From NCBI GenBank assembly GCA_964636235.1, contig CAZWQV010000004.1, positions 3,257 through 67,256 of the forward strand: a DNA stretch of 64,000 nucleotides, written 5' to 3'. A program made the position numbers and the translations under genes. Of this stretch, positions 10,455 through 20,702 are shown piece after piece. The stretch's first letter is position 1; every line of letters begins with the position of its first letter. This DNA comes from an uncultured Thermoplasmatales archaeon. Lineage in GTDB: Archaea; Thermoplasmatota; E2; DHVEG-1. Below the pieces are notes generated by a model. It was not told where the DNA came from. It did not search any database and saw nothing but the letters and a program-made list of their open reading frames with translations.

Positions 10455-10823
10455 CTATTTTCCTTTCAATTCAGCTGTTTTTTTAACCAGTGTTTCAAGT
10501 GTGTTTTTATCTTTTCCAGGATTTAGAATTGCGATAGCTGCAGTGCTCACGTGTAAACCTGCGGCAGATCCTAACTCATCTTTACTTGGGACGTAAGCAT
10601 AGGGAATGTTTTTTTCTTCACATAATATTGGCATATGAGCAAGGATTTCCTCTGGTGAAATATCTTCTGCCATGATGACAAGTTTTGCTTGTCCTCGTTC
10701 TACTTGTTTAGTTACTTCATTTGCTCCTTTGCTTATTTTGCCTGTATCTCTAGCTTTTTCGACAAGATCATAGGCTAAATCCTGTACTTCTTTTGGGGTT
10801 TGAAATTTTACATACATTGCCAT
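10455..10823 (-). CDS. rpl7ae: 50S ribosomal protein L7Ae (K-turn binding)
   Basis: Contains [30 protein letters not shown]...[13 protein letters not shown], the L7Ae/L30e signature. Operon with S28e and L24e. Confidence 0.85.
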   Translation of the reverse strand: MAMYVKFQTPKEVQDLAYDLVEKARDTGKISKGANEVTKQVERGQAKLVIMAEDISPEEILAHMPILCEEKNIPYAYVPSKDELGSAAGLHVSTAAIAILNPGKDKNTLETLVKKTAELKGK

Positions 10824-10947
10824 TCTTTTATTAGCCTCCTTTTGAAGCCGTCATTGATAATATCCTCTAAAGGATTTAATTAGGGGTGAATAGAGGAGCT
10901 ATATAAATATCTTTTTCAGTGAAATGAGGCATAACGCCCTCTGTTTA

Positions 10948-12063
10948 TTAATTTAATGGAATACGTTCCACTTCTAGATTATCAGCTGTGGGGTACTGTT
11001 CTGAGATGTAACAATCATATAATTCCTTTGAAAATCTATCCGCATATTTTTTTAAAAATGAGAGGGAAACTTGTATTATCTGACGTTCTTCATTAATGGT
11101 ATAATCTTGTTTCGATAAATGATATAAGGTGTGTAAATTTGCGATAGTATGAGAAATATTGTGAGGTTTTTTTACATAAATTATCGCTTTTAGCATTGTT
11201 CCTTCATCTGTTATAATATCAAGATGATTTGCGATACTTTCTGCTCTTCGTTTTAATCTATTGGTAAGTTGTATACCATCCTTAAAGGATGATGAACAAT
11301 AATGAACTCCTATCGATAATGAATCATTAACAATTTTATTAATGATTTTATATGCATCTTCTTGACTTTGAAATACAGCTGAAGAAGCATCATTTTTTGG
11401 AGTAAATCCTCTTTCATATAACGCTTGTTCATTTTGTTCTGAAAACTCTAATTCATTTAAATTAATCCAATCTAAATGATTGTTATTTGCCCATCTTATG
11501 AGATGGATTATTTCTTTTATTTTATGTGGTATCATTGGAATTTCAATAGTTGTTTCAACGTTATTTTCCTGGGCGATGTTTATAGCAGCTCTTATTTTAC
11601 TTTTTTCAATAATGGACCATTGTTTAGGTGATGGATGAAATCTTATTTCATCAAGCCCTACATCAATAAGTTGTGGAACTACATGTGCATTTTCTAATCC
11701 TGATGTATAGAGATGAATATGAAAAGAAGGTCCAAATGTTTCCTTGAGTAATTTAATATAATTCATAGTTCTATCCCAGACATGTAAAGGATCTCCCCCG
11801 GTGATACCAGCTCCTTTTGCTTTGATCAACTCAGCTTCTTTTAACAAAATGTTTGTATCTTCTTCATTTGATAATTTCCATTCATTTGCATAAATGACAT
11901 CTTTGTTTATTTTTTTTATACTTAAGGGACAATAAAAGCAATGTGCTGGGCATAAACCAGTTATAAGGATCACCATCTTTGCCCCTTCTGCACATAATTT
12001 GCATCCAGTTGATAAGGAATTTATATAAATACTATCATTTAACCAATGTTTTATTTTTGTCAT
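10948..12063 (-). CDS. Radical SAM domain protein (unknown specificity)
   Basis: CPAHCFYCP (CxxxCxxC), preceded by a second Cys pair. Lies 20 nt downstream of radB on the same strand. Confidence 0.6.
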   Translation of the reverse strand: MTKIKHWLNDSIYINSLSTGCKLCAEGAKMVILITGLCPAHCFYCPLSIKKINKDVIYANEWKLSNEEDTNILLKEAELIKAKGAGITGGDPLHVWDRTMNYIKLLKETFGPSFHIHLYTSGLENAHVVPQLIDVGLDEIRFHPSPKQWSIIEKSKIRAAINIAQENNVETTIEIPMIPHKIKEIIHLIRWANNNHLDWINLNELEFSEQNEQALYERGFTPKNDASSAVFQSQEDAYKIINKIVNDSLSIGVHYCSSSFKDGIQLTNRLKRRAESIANHLDIITDEGTMLKAIIYVKKPHNISHTIANLHTLYHLSKQDYTINEERQIIQVSLSFLKKYADRFSKELYDCYISEQYPTADNLEVERIPLN

Positions 12064-12082
12064 AAATAATCCATGATTTATT

Positions 12083-12736
12083 CTATTGAAGTCCTGTTTT
12101 GGTTATGGTAAAACCACATGTTTTTCCTTCAGGCTCAGAACGATGTTTAATAATGGTTGCTTTTCTAATGCCAGTTCCAGTTTTTTCTAATTTAATGATA
12201 CTTTTCACTAAATGTTCAACGTCTCGGCTGGTAAAGGGTTTTATATCTCCATTTTTATCGGTATATACTTGCTCTGCAATGATAACATATAAATTATGTT
12301 CACGAGCTGCTTTTTGTAAAAGAGCTGTCTGACGGGAAAATGATCGAAGACTTCCTTCTTTATCCTCTTCGCAAGTCAACCTGTAAAACATATTTAATGT
12401 GTCAACAATAATTAATTGAAGATTTTTTATTTTGAGTGCATTTTGAATCATTGTTTCCTGATCTTCAGTAGATGTTGGTGAGAAAATGAGAATCTTAGAT
12501 AATATTTTTTCTTTTTCATAATCCTGACAGATTTGATCAAGTCGTTTTATTGAAACTCCTTCTGAATCAATGTATGCTACCTTTCTTCCATTATTTGCGC
12601 ATTCTCTTGCAGCTTGCAGACAAATATTAGTTTTTCCTGTTCCAGCTTCTCCAAAAATTTCAGAAATTACCTTTGGTTCAAAACCTCCTCCAAGAAGTTT
12701 GTCTAAAGGATTACATTTTATCGGTAAATAATTCAT
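12083..12736 (-). CDS. radB: DNA repair and recombination protein RadB
   Basis: 217 aa RecA-fold protein with Walker A (GEAGTGKTNICLQ) and KaiC/RadB-like layout. No N-terminal HhH domain, so RadB rather than RadA. Confidence 0.75.
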   Translation of the reverse strand: MNYLPIKCNPLDKLLGGGFEPKVISEIFGEAGTGKTNICLQAARECANNGRKVAYIDSEGVSIKRLDQICQDYEKEKILSKILIFSPTSTEDQETMIQNALKIKNLQLIIVDTLNMFYRLTCEEDKEGSLRSFSRQTALLQKAAREHNLYVIIAEQVYTDKNGDIKPFTSRDVEHLVKSIIKLEKTGTGIRKATIIKHRSEPEGKTCGFTITKTGLQ

Positions 12737-12822
12737 TATAATAACAGGTTAGCTGTAATTCATTAAAAACCTTTTTCATTGGATAATATATTTTTTAATT
12801 CATAGAAAACGTTTATTAACAA

Positions 12823-13383
12823 TTGATTGATACAATGGCCGCCTTTGGTGGTTTTATTATGGCAAAAAGAAGCAAAGAACAAGTAGAAAAGGACGAAAAG
12901 AAAGTTATTATTAAACTTCAATCACAAGCAAAAGAAAGTATTGATGTACTTGCTGATGAATGTGGTTTTTCTGGTCCAAAATTACGAAGAATTATCAGTA
13001 ATCTAGAAGAAAAAGGAATTATCTGGGGATACCACGCGGTAACAGATTTTGATAAAATTGACCTAAATGAATATATTTTATTAGTGAAAAAGACCAATAA
13101 ACCACTGGATGAACTAGCAGAAAAAATTATTAATAGAGATATTGAAAAATTATCTGAGAAAATGGGAATTATCATTGGTTCTAGTTACTACCTACATGGT
13201 ATTTTTGACTGGATCGTCTGTTTTGCAGCTGAAGATTTACGTCATGCAAAGAAGTTTGATAGTGAATTTTTAAAGTACTTTAAACCCTGGGTACAAGAAA
13301 CTCAACTGTTGGAAAATATTTTCCCAGTTAAACGAAGTGGCATTTCTAATCCAAATATTGAACGATTAAGAGAATTTATTTAA
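12823..13383 (+). CDS. Lrp/AsnC-family transcriptional regulator (HTH + RAM domain)
   Basis: N-terminal HTH (SQAKESIDVLADECGFSGPKLRRIISNLEEKGII) and a C-terminal RAM-like domain. Confidence 0.5.
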   Translation: MIDTMAAFGGFIMAKRSKEQVEKDEKKVIIKLQSQAKESIDVLADECGFSGPKLRRIISNLEEKGIIWGYHAVTDFDKIDLNEYILLVKKTNKPLDELAEKIINRDIEKLSEKMGIIIGSSYYLHGIFDWIVCFAAEDLRHAKKFDSEFLKYFKPWVQETQLLENIFPVKRSGISNPNIERLREFI

Positions 13384-13571
13384 TCTCTTTCTTCTTTTTT
13401 CATTGTAGTTTTTTGCGGAATTTCTTCTGGATTTGTTGTTGATGTTGGTGTTTTTTCTATTAGATTATGAAAGCATGGAAAGAATTTTTCGAGTGAATCC
13501 ATTCGTTGCAAAATGAATCCAATATCTGTTTCATTTATTTGTTTTTGATTTTTAGAATTTTGATCTTCCAT
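13380..13571 (-). CDS. Hypothetical small protein downstream of ttuA
   Basis: 63 aa ORF co-oriented with the upstream TtuA gene. No family match. Confidence 0.2.
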   Translation of the reverse strand: MEDQNSKNQKQINETDIGFILQRMDSLEKFFPCFHNLIEKTPTSTTNPEEIPQKTTMKKEERD

Positions 13572-13644
13572 GAGTATTATTTTACCATCAATAATACTTA
13601 TATCTTTTGTTTTTTTTTATTTAAGTTGCTTTTAAAAAACAACT

Positions 13645-14568
13645 TTATATCAATGATAATTGACTTTTTAAAATACAGGTTTTACAGAGCTGTTGTATAG
13701 TAGGTTCCTGGCATTTCTGACAAGCATGAAGGGAAGCGGCAGGATATTTTTCGATTAATAACTCTTTTATTGCATCATAACTTTTAATAATACTGTGTCT
13801 TGTACCAGGATTTCTTTCTTCAAGCTCATAAATAATCTCTTTGATATACTGTCGAGATGCTTCAACAGCGTATGGGCATTCTGCATCATGAACTTGGTAG
13901 CCTTGAATAAATGCATATAAAGCATTTTCTTTTTCAGGAATAACCCTTAATGGAATGATTCTTGGTACCAATCCAGGTTGTATTTTAATATGGGGTCCAA
14001 GACGAGCTAATTTTTCCATATCTGCATTTACAAAATTCATTAAAATAGATTGGGCCATATCATCTAAGTTATGGCCTGTGACTAAGCGCTGTAAAGAAAG
14101 TTCTTTTGATATCGTGTTTAAACAAAATCGACGAAAAACCCCGCAGTAACTGCAGGCACCAAGTTCTCTATGTGGCAGGTTCATGATCTCATCCATAGTT
14201 TTCCCAATTTTCTCTTTGAAGGAAATGATTTGATGACTGACATTTAATTTTTTACACTGGTCCTGGGCTATCCTGAGACTGTCATCCCGATAGCCTTTTA
14301 TCCCTTCGTCAATACTAATCCCGATAAGTTCTATATCTTTTCTTTGCCCATATAATTCAACCATGATATGCAATGCAACGATACTATCCTTGCCTCCAGA
14401 TATAGCAACACCGATTTTGCTATTTGAAGGAATATTGCCCTGCTTTCTTATTTCCTTTTTAACCCTTCTTTGATAATATAAGATAAAATGATCTTTACAT
14501 AGGTGAGTTCCATTATATCGAATAAACGTAATGGCAGGTTTTGAACATTTACTACAGATGGCAGACAT
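13645..14568 (-). CDS. ttuA: tRNA thiolation protein, TtuA/NcsA (TtcA) family PP-loop ATPase
   Basis: PP-loop SGGKDS, plus N- and C-terminal CxxC zinc fingers (CSKCSK...CKDH; CQKCQ...CKTC). Confidence 0.7.
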   Translation of the reverse strand: MSAICSKCSKPAITFIRYNGTHLCKDHFILYYQRRVKKEIRKQGNIPSNSKIGVAISGGKDSIVALHIMVELYGQRKDIELIGISIDEGIKGYRDDSLRIAQDQCKKLNVSHQIISFKEKIGKTMDEIMNLPHRELGACSYCGVFRRFCLNTISKELSLQRLVTGHNLDDMAQSILMNFVNADMEKLARLGPHIKIQPGLVPRIIPLRVIPEKENALYAFIQGYQVHDAECPYAVEASRQYIKEIIYELEERNPGTRHSIIKSYDAIKELLIEKYPAASLHACQKCQEPTIQQLCKTCILKSQLSLI

Positions 14569-14708
14569 AATCCCATGACATAAATCGATAAAACAAAAAC
14601 TTTGTTGTTACAAACATTTTTACGAAGGCAACATTTTTAGAATAGAAGAAGATATGTGTGAAAACAGTTCATACAAAAAATAAATGACTTTGATAGGGGA
14701 GATTTCTC

Positions 14709-16232
14709 ATGACGGTTATATTAAACGGATCTGGACTAACTATTGAAAAACTTGTAAAAATAGCTCGTTTTAAAGAAAAAGTTAAACTTGATGATCAAGC
14801 CATAAAAAGAATAATTAAATGTCGGAAACTAGTTGAAAAAAAGATAGCTGATAAAGAAATAATGTACGGAATCAATACAGGTATAGGAGAATTTTCCGAG
14901 ATTGTATTAAACGATGATCAGATTAAACAATTTCAAAAATATCTTATTTATAACCATGCAGCGGGTATTGGTGATCCAGCACCTATTGAATACATTCGTG
15001 GAGCGATGGCTGCTCGAATAAATGTACATGCACATGGTCAATCAGGAAATCGTATTGAAATCACCAAAACATTAGTAGAAATGTTGAATAAAGATGTCGT
15101 TCCATATGTTTGTCAAAAAGGAAGTGTGGGTGCTTGTGGCGATCTTGCACCTATGTCCCAGATAGCACTTTTACTGCTTGGTGAAGGAAAAGCGTATTAT
15201 GACGGTGAATTACTACCCGGAAAAAAAGCCATGGAGAAGGCGGGCATTATGATTCCCGGCCTTCATGCACGGGATGGTCTTGCAGTAATAAATGGATGTA
15301 ATGTATTAACAGCGATGAGTGCAATTTTTTTATATGATGCAAATCGATTTTTAAAACAGGCTGAAATCGCCGCTGCTATGAGTCTTGAAGCGTTAAAAGC
15401 GAATATGAAGCCATATACCCCAAAACTTCATGAGGCTCGAGGATTTCCAGGGGCTATTCGAAGTGCAAATGCTATCTGTAAATTAATAACAGGTGGAGAT
15501 TTACAGAAAGAAAAGATACAATGTAAGGTGCAGGATGCCTATAGCATGCGTTCTACTCCGCAAGTTATTGGTGCTGCTCATGATGGCATTCGATGGGCAA
15601 AAGAGCAAATAGAAATTGAACTAAATGGCGTAGGTGATAATCCTGTTTTTTTCCCGGAAGAGAAGTTACAATTATCTGGTGCTAATTTCCAAGGAACTCC
15701 AGTTGGTTTACCGATGGATATGGCAGGCACAGCGATTACCATGGTTTGTATATTAAGTGAAAGACGGATGAATCGGTTGAATAATCCAGCCTTAAATGTT
15801 GGATTGCCTGCCTTTTTAACTAAAGGGGCTGGAATGTTTTCAGGTTTAATGCTTAGCCAATATACTGCTGATCATCTTATTGTTGAACAAAAACTTCTCT
15901 CGTCACCTGCATCAATTCAGTCCATTCCGGCTGCTGCAGATCAAGAGGATTTTGTATCAATGGCTATGAATACTGCCATTAAAAATATGCAGATATTGGA
16001 AAATGCTTATGGAATATTAGGAATTGAATTTATGGCAGCAGCTCAAGCATTAGATTTTAGAGAGTATCATTTCGGCAAAGGTGTACATACCGCGAAAGAA
16101 ATTGTCAGGTCCTATGTAGATTTTCTTGATGAGGATCGTCCATTATATCCTGATCATACAAAAATGAGAGAACTTGTAAAATCATGCGAGATCCTAGAAG
16201 CCGTAGAGAAAAAAATCGGCCCATTAGAATGA
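14709..16232 (+). CDS. hutH: Histidine ammonia-lyase (MIO-dependent aromatic amino acid ammonia-lyase family)
   Basis: Collinear with HAL (GSVGAxGDLAP, NGCN, etc.). GGGGAG SD. 507 aa. The MIO triad reads Ala142-Cys143-Gly144. Confidence 0.8.
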   Translation: MTVILNGSGLTIEKLVKIARFKEKVKLDDQAIKRIIKCRKLVEKKIADKEIMYGINTGIGEFSEIVLNDDQIKQFQKYLIYNHAAGIGDPAPIEYIRGAMAARINVHAHGQSGNRIEITKTLVEMLNKDVVPYVCQKGSVGACGDLAPMSQIALLLLGEGKAYYDGELLPGKKAMEKAGIMIPGLHARDGLAVINGCNVLTAMSAIFLYDANRFLKQAEIAAAMSLEALKANMKPYTPKLHEARGFPGAIRSANAICKLITGGDLQKEKIQCKVQDAYSMRSTPQVIGAAHDGIRWAKEQIEIELNGVGDNPVFFPEEKLQLSGANFQGTPVGLPMDMAGTAITMVCILSERRMNRLNNPALNVGLPAFLTKGAGMFSGLMLSQYTADHLIVEQKLLSSPASIQSIPAAADQEDFVSMAMNTAIKNMQILENAYGILGIEFMAAAQALDFREYHFGKGVHTAKEIVRSYVDFLDEDRPLYPDHTKMRELVKSCEILEAVEKKIGPLE

Positions 16233-16240
16233 TACAATGT

Positions 16241-17887
16241 TTAAAGGATGCTTTTAAGAATTTCGATATTCATCTCGATTGCAATAATCGGATGTTCCAG
16301 TTCAAAATTGATGATTGTTTGTGGATGTAATTCACCAAAAAATCCAATTTCTTTCTCATGTACTTTCACTGATGCACAGCGTCCTTTTACAAATGCATTA
16401 TGATCTTTTTCAGTGATAATATATGGTTGGATGCCTAATTCCCTTAGAATGCCTTCAACATATGATTTACATTCTGTGAAATGTGATTTTGCACTTGTTT
16501 TTAAAACACCTAAATGGTATATATTCTTATATGTTTCATTAACTATGATGCCCACTTCGAAAATTTTTTGTGGTAAGGGATGATGTTTATTTTCTGCTAG
16601 TATTTTTAATAGAGAGGGAAGTAATGTGGTTCTGATACAAGAATAATCTTCACTTATAGGATTTTTCAGTTCGACTTTTTTTCCCGATTCTATACCAAGT
16701 TTATGATACTCATCTCTCTCATTTGTGATAGTAAAGGTAGTAACTTCATTGAATCCAAATCCTATCATAATCATTCGTAAATTATCAAAAAGATTCTGGT
16801 CTGGAAGATGTTTTCCAAAGGTAAATACTCTAGGTAGTTTTCTATTGAATTGTTCAAAACCATATCCTATTGCAACATCTTCAACTAAGTCAATTTCGTG
16901 TAGTATATCTGATCGCCAAGCAGGAATGGAAATTGAGAGTGTTTTATCATCTTTAATTTCACAATTATATCCCATTTTTTCAAGGGATTGAATAATTTGA
17001 TCAGAACTAAATTTTGGCCCAAGGATTTTTCGGACATAATCTAAGGTAAGAGTTCTTTTTTGAGGAGATAGGTTTGGTGAAATAATTGTTTCATTTCCAT
17101 CTTTTATAGTTGTTGAATATATTGTGCCGCCACGCTCTGCAAGAGCAGTTGTAACAATATTTAGCGCGACATTAACCGCTTTCACATCCGAGCCGGTAAC
17201 ATCAATGAATAAATCCTTTGTATAAGGAGTTACCTCTGTGAGAATACCATTAATTATCGGTGGAAACGATAGTACATTATTATATGCATCTGTAATTAAT
17301 GGATAAGTGTCGTAATCTTTTAAAAGATGTGCATATGCAATTCCTTTTTCATGTTTTTCTAAGATTTCTTGTAAATCCATTGAATCAACTTTTGCTAATG
17401 GTACAAATTGATGGGATCTTGGATCAACTGCTTTATAAATAAATGGTGATTGCACTGGTTCATAATTGTGAACCCCGATAGCTACTTTTTTTCTATTTCT
17501 TCCGATACCAAAATGAAGCTTTTCTTGAAGATCCATTAAAGATGCGATTAATTCATCGCTCATCGTGACATTTTTCACCATTGCGCATCGAATGACTGGT
17601 CGAACTTTTTTTACTGAAGGATCAACATCAATAATAATATCTGATTGATTTATAGGATATGTCGTTAAACCAGTCATATAGGAAAAAAATGCTCTTGACG
17701 CTCTTACTATCCCTTCAACAGATAGAAGATCTGGTCTGTCTGGAAAAAACTCTATACTAATCGTATTATCTTCAACCTTATCTAAATCAGCACCGATCAT
17801 TGGAAGTTTTTCCAGGAACTTTTCTTTTGATAATGGTTGTTTGAGCAATTGAATAAAATCATTGAAATCAAATGTTACTAATGGCAT
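16241..17887 (-). CDS. pheT: Phenylalanine--tRNA ligase beta subunit, archaeal type
   Basis: N-terminal MPLVTFDFNDF...FFPDRPDLLS, typical of archaeal PheT. About 548 aa. Confidence 0.8.
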   Translation of the reverse strand: MPLVTFDFNDFIQLLKQPLSKEKFLEKLPMIGADLDKVEDNTISIEFFPDRPDLLSVEGIVRASRAFFSYMTGLTTYPINQSDIIIDVDPSVKKVRPVIRCAMVKNVTMSDELIASLMDLQEKLHFGIGRNRKKVAIGVHNYEPVQSPFIYKAVDPRSHQFVPLAKVDSMDLQEILEKHEKGIAYAHLLKDYDTYPLITDAYNNVLSFPPIINGILTEVTPYTKDLFIDVTGSDVKAVNVALNIVTTALAERGGTIYSTTIKDGNETIISPNLSPQKRTLTLDYVRKILGPKFSSDQIIQSLEKMGYNCEIKDDKTLSISIPAWRSDILHEIDLVEDVAIGYGFEQFNRKLPRVFTFGKHLPDQNLFDNLRMIMIGFGFNEVTTFTITNERDEYHKLGIESGKKVELKNPISEDYSCIRTTLLPSLLKILAENKHHPLPQKIFEVGIIVNETYKNIYHLGVLKTSAKSHFTECKSYVEGILRELGIQPYIITEKDHNAFVKGRCASVKVHEKEIGFFGELHPQTIINFELEHPIIAIEMNIEILKSIL

Positions 17888-18182
17888 AATAGTCGTTGTG
17901 AATAAATTTGTAGTATATTTGATTTTGGACCGATCACTTTACTATCGTAATTCAAGTTTTTTTATTATTGAGGATAAAATGATTTTAGGATAAACCAAAG
18001 TTTAAAAAAATGGGTAAAGAATAAATAATATTATGTTATGGAATGATACGAGAGGTGCTCATTTCATTGGAAATATTTCCATATGGACATTAAATCTTAT
18101 AAAATATTTCATTATACTGATATTTACTTTCGAAGATTAATGATTATAAATTGTATGTTTACGATAGGAAGATTGTGATACA

Positions 18183-19385
18183 ATGGATTTGAAACAGGAA
18201 AGAATTACTACCTTACATCAGTTTAATGTCAATAAAAAAACATTATTTAAAACAGTTAGCGATTGTACTATAGAGCGTCCTGTATCTGTTGTTATGCCTA
18301 TGTTATATAGAGAAATAACAAGTGACGCTCTAATTAACATAAAAAAAGGATTAAATAAATGTACCTTCTTAAATGAGATAATTATTCCTTTAGCTGCACA
18401 AAATAATAAAGAATTCAACCATGTTAAAAAATTTTTCTCAGATTTACAAATCCCTCATTTAATCATGTGGTGTAATGGTCCAAAAATAGATCAACTCCTG
18501 TATGATTTACAAAATGAGGGTATTAATCTTCAAAAATATAGGGGAAAAGGAAGAGATGTTTGGCTTGCATTGGGAATTGCTGCATTACGTTCATATGCTG
18601 TCGCATTGCACGATGCAGATATTATGTTATATGATGAAACGATTCCAGCCAAATTAGTTTATCCCCTTGTTGAACCTGAGTTAGAATTCAAATTTAATAA
18701 AGGATATTATGCTCGAGTAAATACGGAAAAGGGAATTATGTATGGTCGAGTTGTTCGGTTATTTTTATATCCCTTACTTGAAGCATTTGTAACAAAACAA
18801 CAATGTCAATTACATTTTGTTGAATTTTTACAATCATTTCGATATCCATTATCCGGAGAGTTTGCCTTAACAAGTGACCTGGCTCGAGATGTTGATATTC
18901 CTGGAAATTGGGGTCTTGAGATTGGTATCATGGCAGAAATGTTTCGAAATGTCATTACAAAACGAATATGTCAGACGGATTTAGGCTTTTATGATCATAA
19001 ACATCAGTCAATTGGCAATGAAGACCAAGGTCTGGTTAAAATGGCAGGTGATATCCTTGAAACTCTTTTACGGGTTCTCATTGAAGAAGATCAAGTTGAA
19101 ATATCATCTGAGTATCTTATTGCAATAAGAGTGCTCTATCAACGATTTGCACAGGATTATATTAGAAAATATCATGCTGATGCTCATTTCAATAATCTCA
19201 ATTATGATCGACATATTGAGGAGCAAATGGTAGAAGAATTCAGTAAGCAAATCGTTATTTCAGGTGAACATTATTTGAAAAATCCTGTTGGAGCACGAAT
19301 CCCTGATTGGCTTCGAACGATATCAGCCCGAAAAAAAATACGAGAACAATTATTAGATATTGTGATGATTGATAATGAAAAATAG
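18183..19385 (+). CDS. GT-A retaining glycosyltransferase, glucosyl-/mannosyl-3-phosphoglycerate synthase-like (GT81/GT55-like), paralog 1
   Basis: RGKGRDVWLALGIA resembles the GpgS GKGEALWRGL motif. Also a DAD (DxD) motif and PLSGEFALTSDL resembling GpgS PLSGEYAASRELL. Confidence 0.55.
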   Translation: MDLKQERITTLHQFNVNKKTLFKTVSDCTIERPVSVVMPMLYREITSDALINIKKGLNKCTFLNEIIIPLAAQNNKEFNHVKKFFSDLQIPHLIMWCNGPKIDQLLYDLQNEGINLQKYRGKGRDVWLALGIAALRSYAVALHDADIMLYDETIPAKLVYPLVEPELEFKFNKGYYARVNTEKGIMYGRVVRLFLYPLLEAFVTKQQCQLHFVEFLQSFRYPLSGEFALTSDLARDVDIPGNWGLEIGIMAEMFRNVITKRICQTDLGFYDHKHQSIGNEDQGLVKMAGDILETLLRVLIEEDQVEISSEYLIAIRVLYQRFAQDYIRKYHADAHFNNLNYDRHIEEQMVEEFSKQIVISGEHYLKNPVGARIPDWLRTISARKKIREQLLDIVMIDNEK

Positions 19386-19409
19386 TATGAGGAAAGGTGG
19401 GATGAAGAA

Positions 19410-20690
19410 ATGAATCAAGAATGGAATAAAGATGTATGTTTACAACAAGATACTGCAGAAAAAGCAAAACAGATGAGAGATATTGATATAATGGTTGGCG
19501 TCTTATGTAAAGATGTTGAAACCACCGTGTTGAATGTATTAAATGTTGTCAACGAAGGCTTATATAAATATTTTCCAGATTATAACATGGCGATAGTAGT
19601 ATCAAAAGCAAAATCAACAGATAATACTGATGGGGCGATTAATTTATTTCATCCTTATAGTAATATACAATTTCTGGTAGCAGATGATATCACTTCTGGT
19701 GGAAAAGGAGCGGGGGTTATGACTATCTTTGAAATAGCAAATCAAGCCAATGCAAAATGTGTATTGCTCATGGATGGTGATTTACTTAGTATTAAACCAG
19801 AATGGATTCAAATGATGGCAAATCCAATTGTCTATGGGCGATCTGATCTTACAGTCCCTTATTATATTAGAGATAAAAACGATGGAGTGATTACCAATAA
19901 TCTGGTATATCCATTTACTCGAACACTTTATGGGGTAGATATTAGACAGCCTATTGCAGGTGAATTTGCATTATCTAAAAATCTTTATGAACTACTGAGA
20001 AATCATCCATTGTTTCCTCCTGATTTCGGTATTGATATTTTTATTGTGACCTGTGCAGCTGCTGAAGGTTTTTATGTAAAAGAAGGACTTTTTTCATTAA
20101 AAATCCATGAATCCACTATGCACTATCTGAAACCTGAAAAATTTTTAATACCTATGTTTCGCAAAGTTACGAAAAGCATGTTTGAACTTGCAAAATATTA
20201 TGAAGCATATTGGAAAAAAAAGCCAAATCGATGGTTTTCCAAACATCCACGTGATAATTTCAGTAAACAACCAATTCCCGTCAAGGTAAACATCTATGAA
20301 ATGCATAATTCATTCAATAATGAATATCTAGCTTCAAAAGAGGTCATGAATCGATTTTTACCTAATGAGATCATGGATTTGGTTGAAAATGTTGTTCATC
20401 ATGATGCGGATTTTAATGCTGAATTATGGACAAAAGTCGTGTTTCATTATGCTGCATCATACCGAAATTTAACGAATGATGCTGAAATTTATTCACTATT
20501 GGATACCTTGAAAACATTATGGCTTGGCCGATTTGTCAGTTATGCAAAACAAGTGGAACATATGGATATTAGTCAAGCGGAAAAAGTTATTCAATCTCAA
20601 GCTGATGTCTTTGAGAATAATTTTGAGTATTTAAAAAATATATATGCTGATGAATCTCAACTTACTATGCTAGATTCGAACAATGAGTAA
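19410..20690 (+). CDS. GT-A retaining glycosyltransferase, GpgS-like (GT81-like), paralog 2
   Basis: SGGKGAGV, a DGD motif, and PIAGEFALSKNL. Paralogous to the upstream gene. GGTGG SD. Confidence 0.5.
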   Translation: MNQEWNKDVCLQQDTAEKAKQMRDIDIMVGVLCKDVETTVLNVLNVVNEGLYKYFPDYNMAIVVSKAKSTDNTDGAINLFHPYSNIQFLVADDITSGGKGAGVMTIFEIANQANAKCVLLMDGDLLSIKPEWIQMMANPIVYGRSDLTVPYYIRDKNDGVITNNLVYPFTRTLYGVDIRQPIAGEFALSKNLYELLRNHPLFPPDFGIDIFIVTCAAAEGFYVKEGLFSLKIHESTMHYLKPEKFLIPMFRKVTKSMFELAKYYEAYWKKKPNRWFSKHPRDNFSKQPIPVKVNIYEMHNSFNNEYLASKEVMNRFLPNEIMDLVENVVHHDADFNAELWTKVVFHYAASYRNLTNDAEIYSLLDTLKTLWLGRFVSYAKQVEHMDISQAEKVIQSQADVFENNFEYLKNIYADESQLTMLDSNNE

Positions 20691-20702
20691 CGTAGGATTA
20701 AT

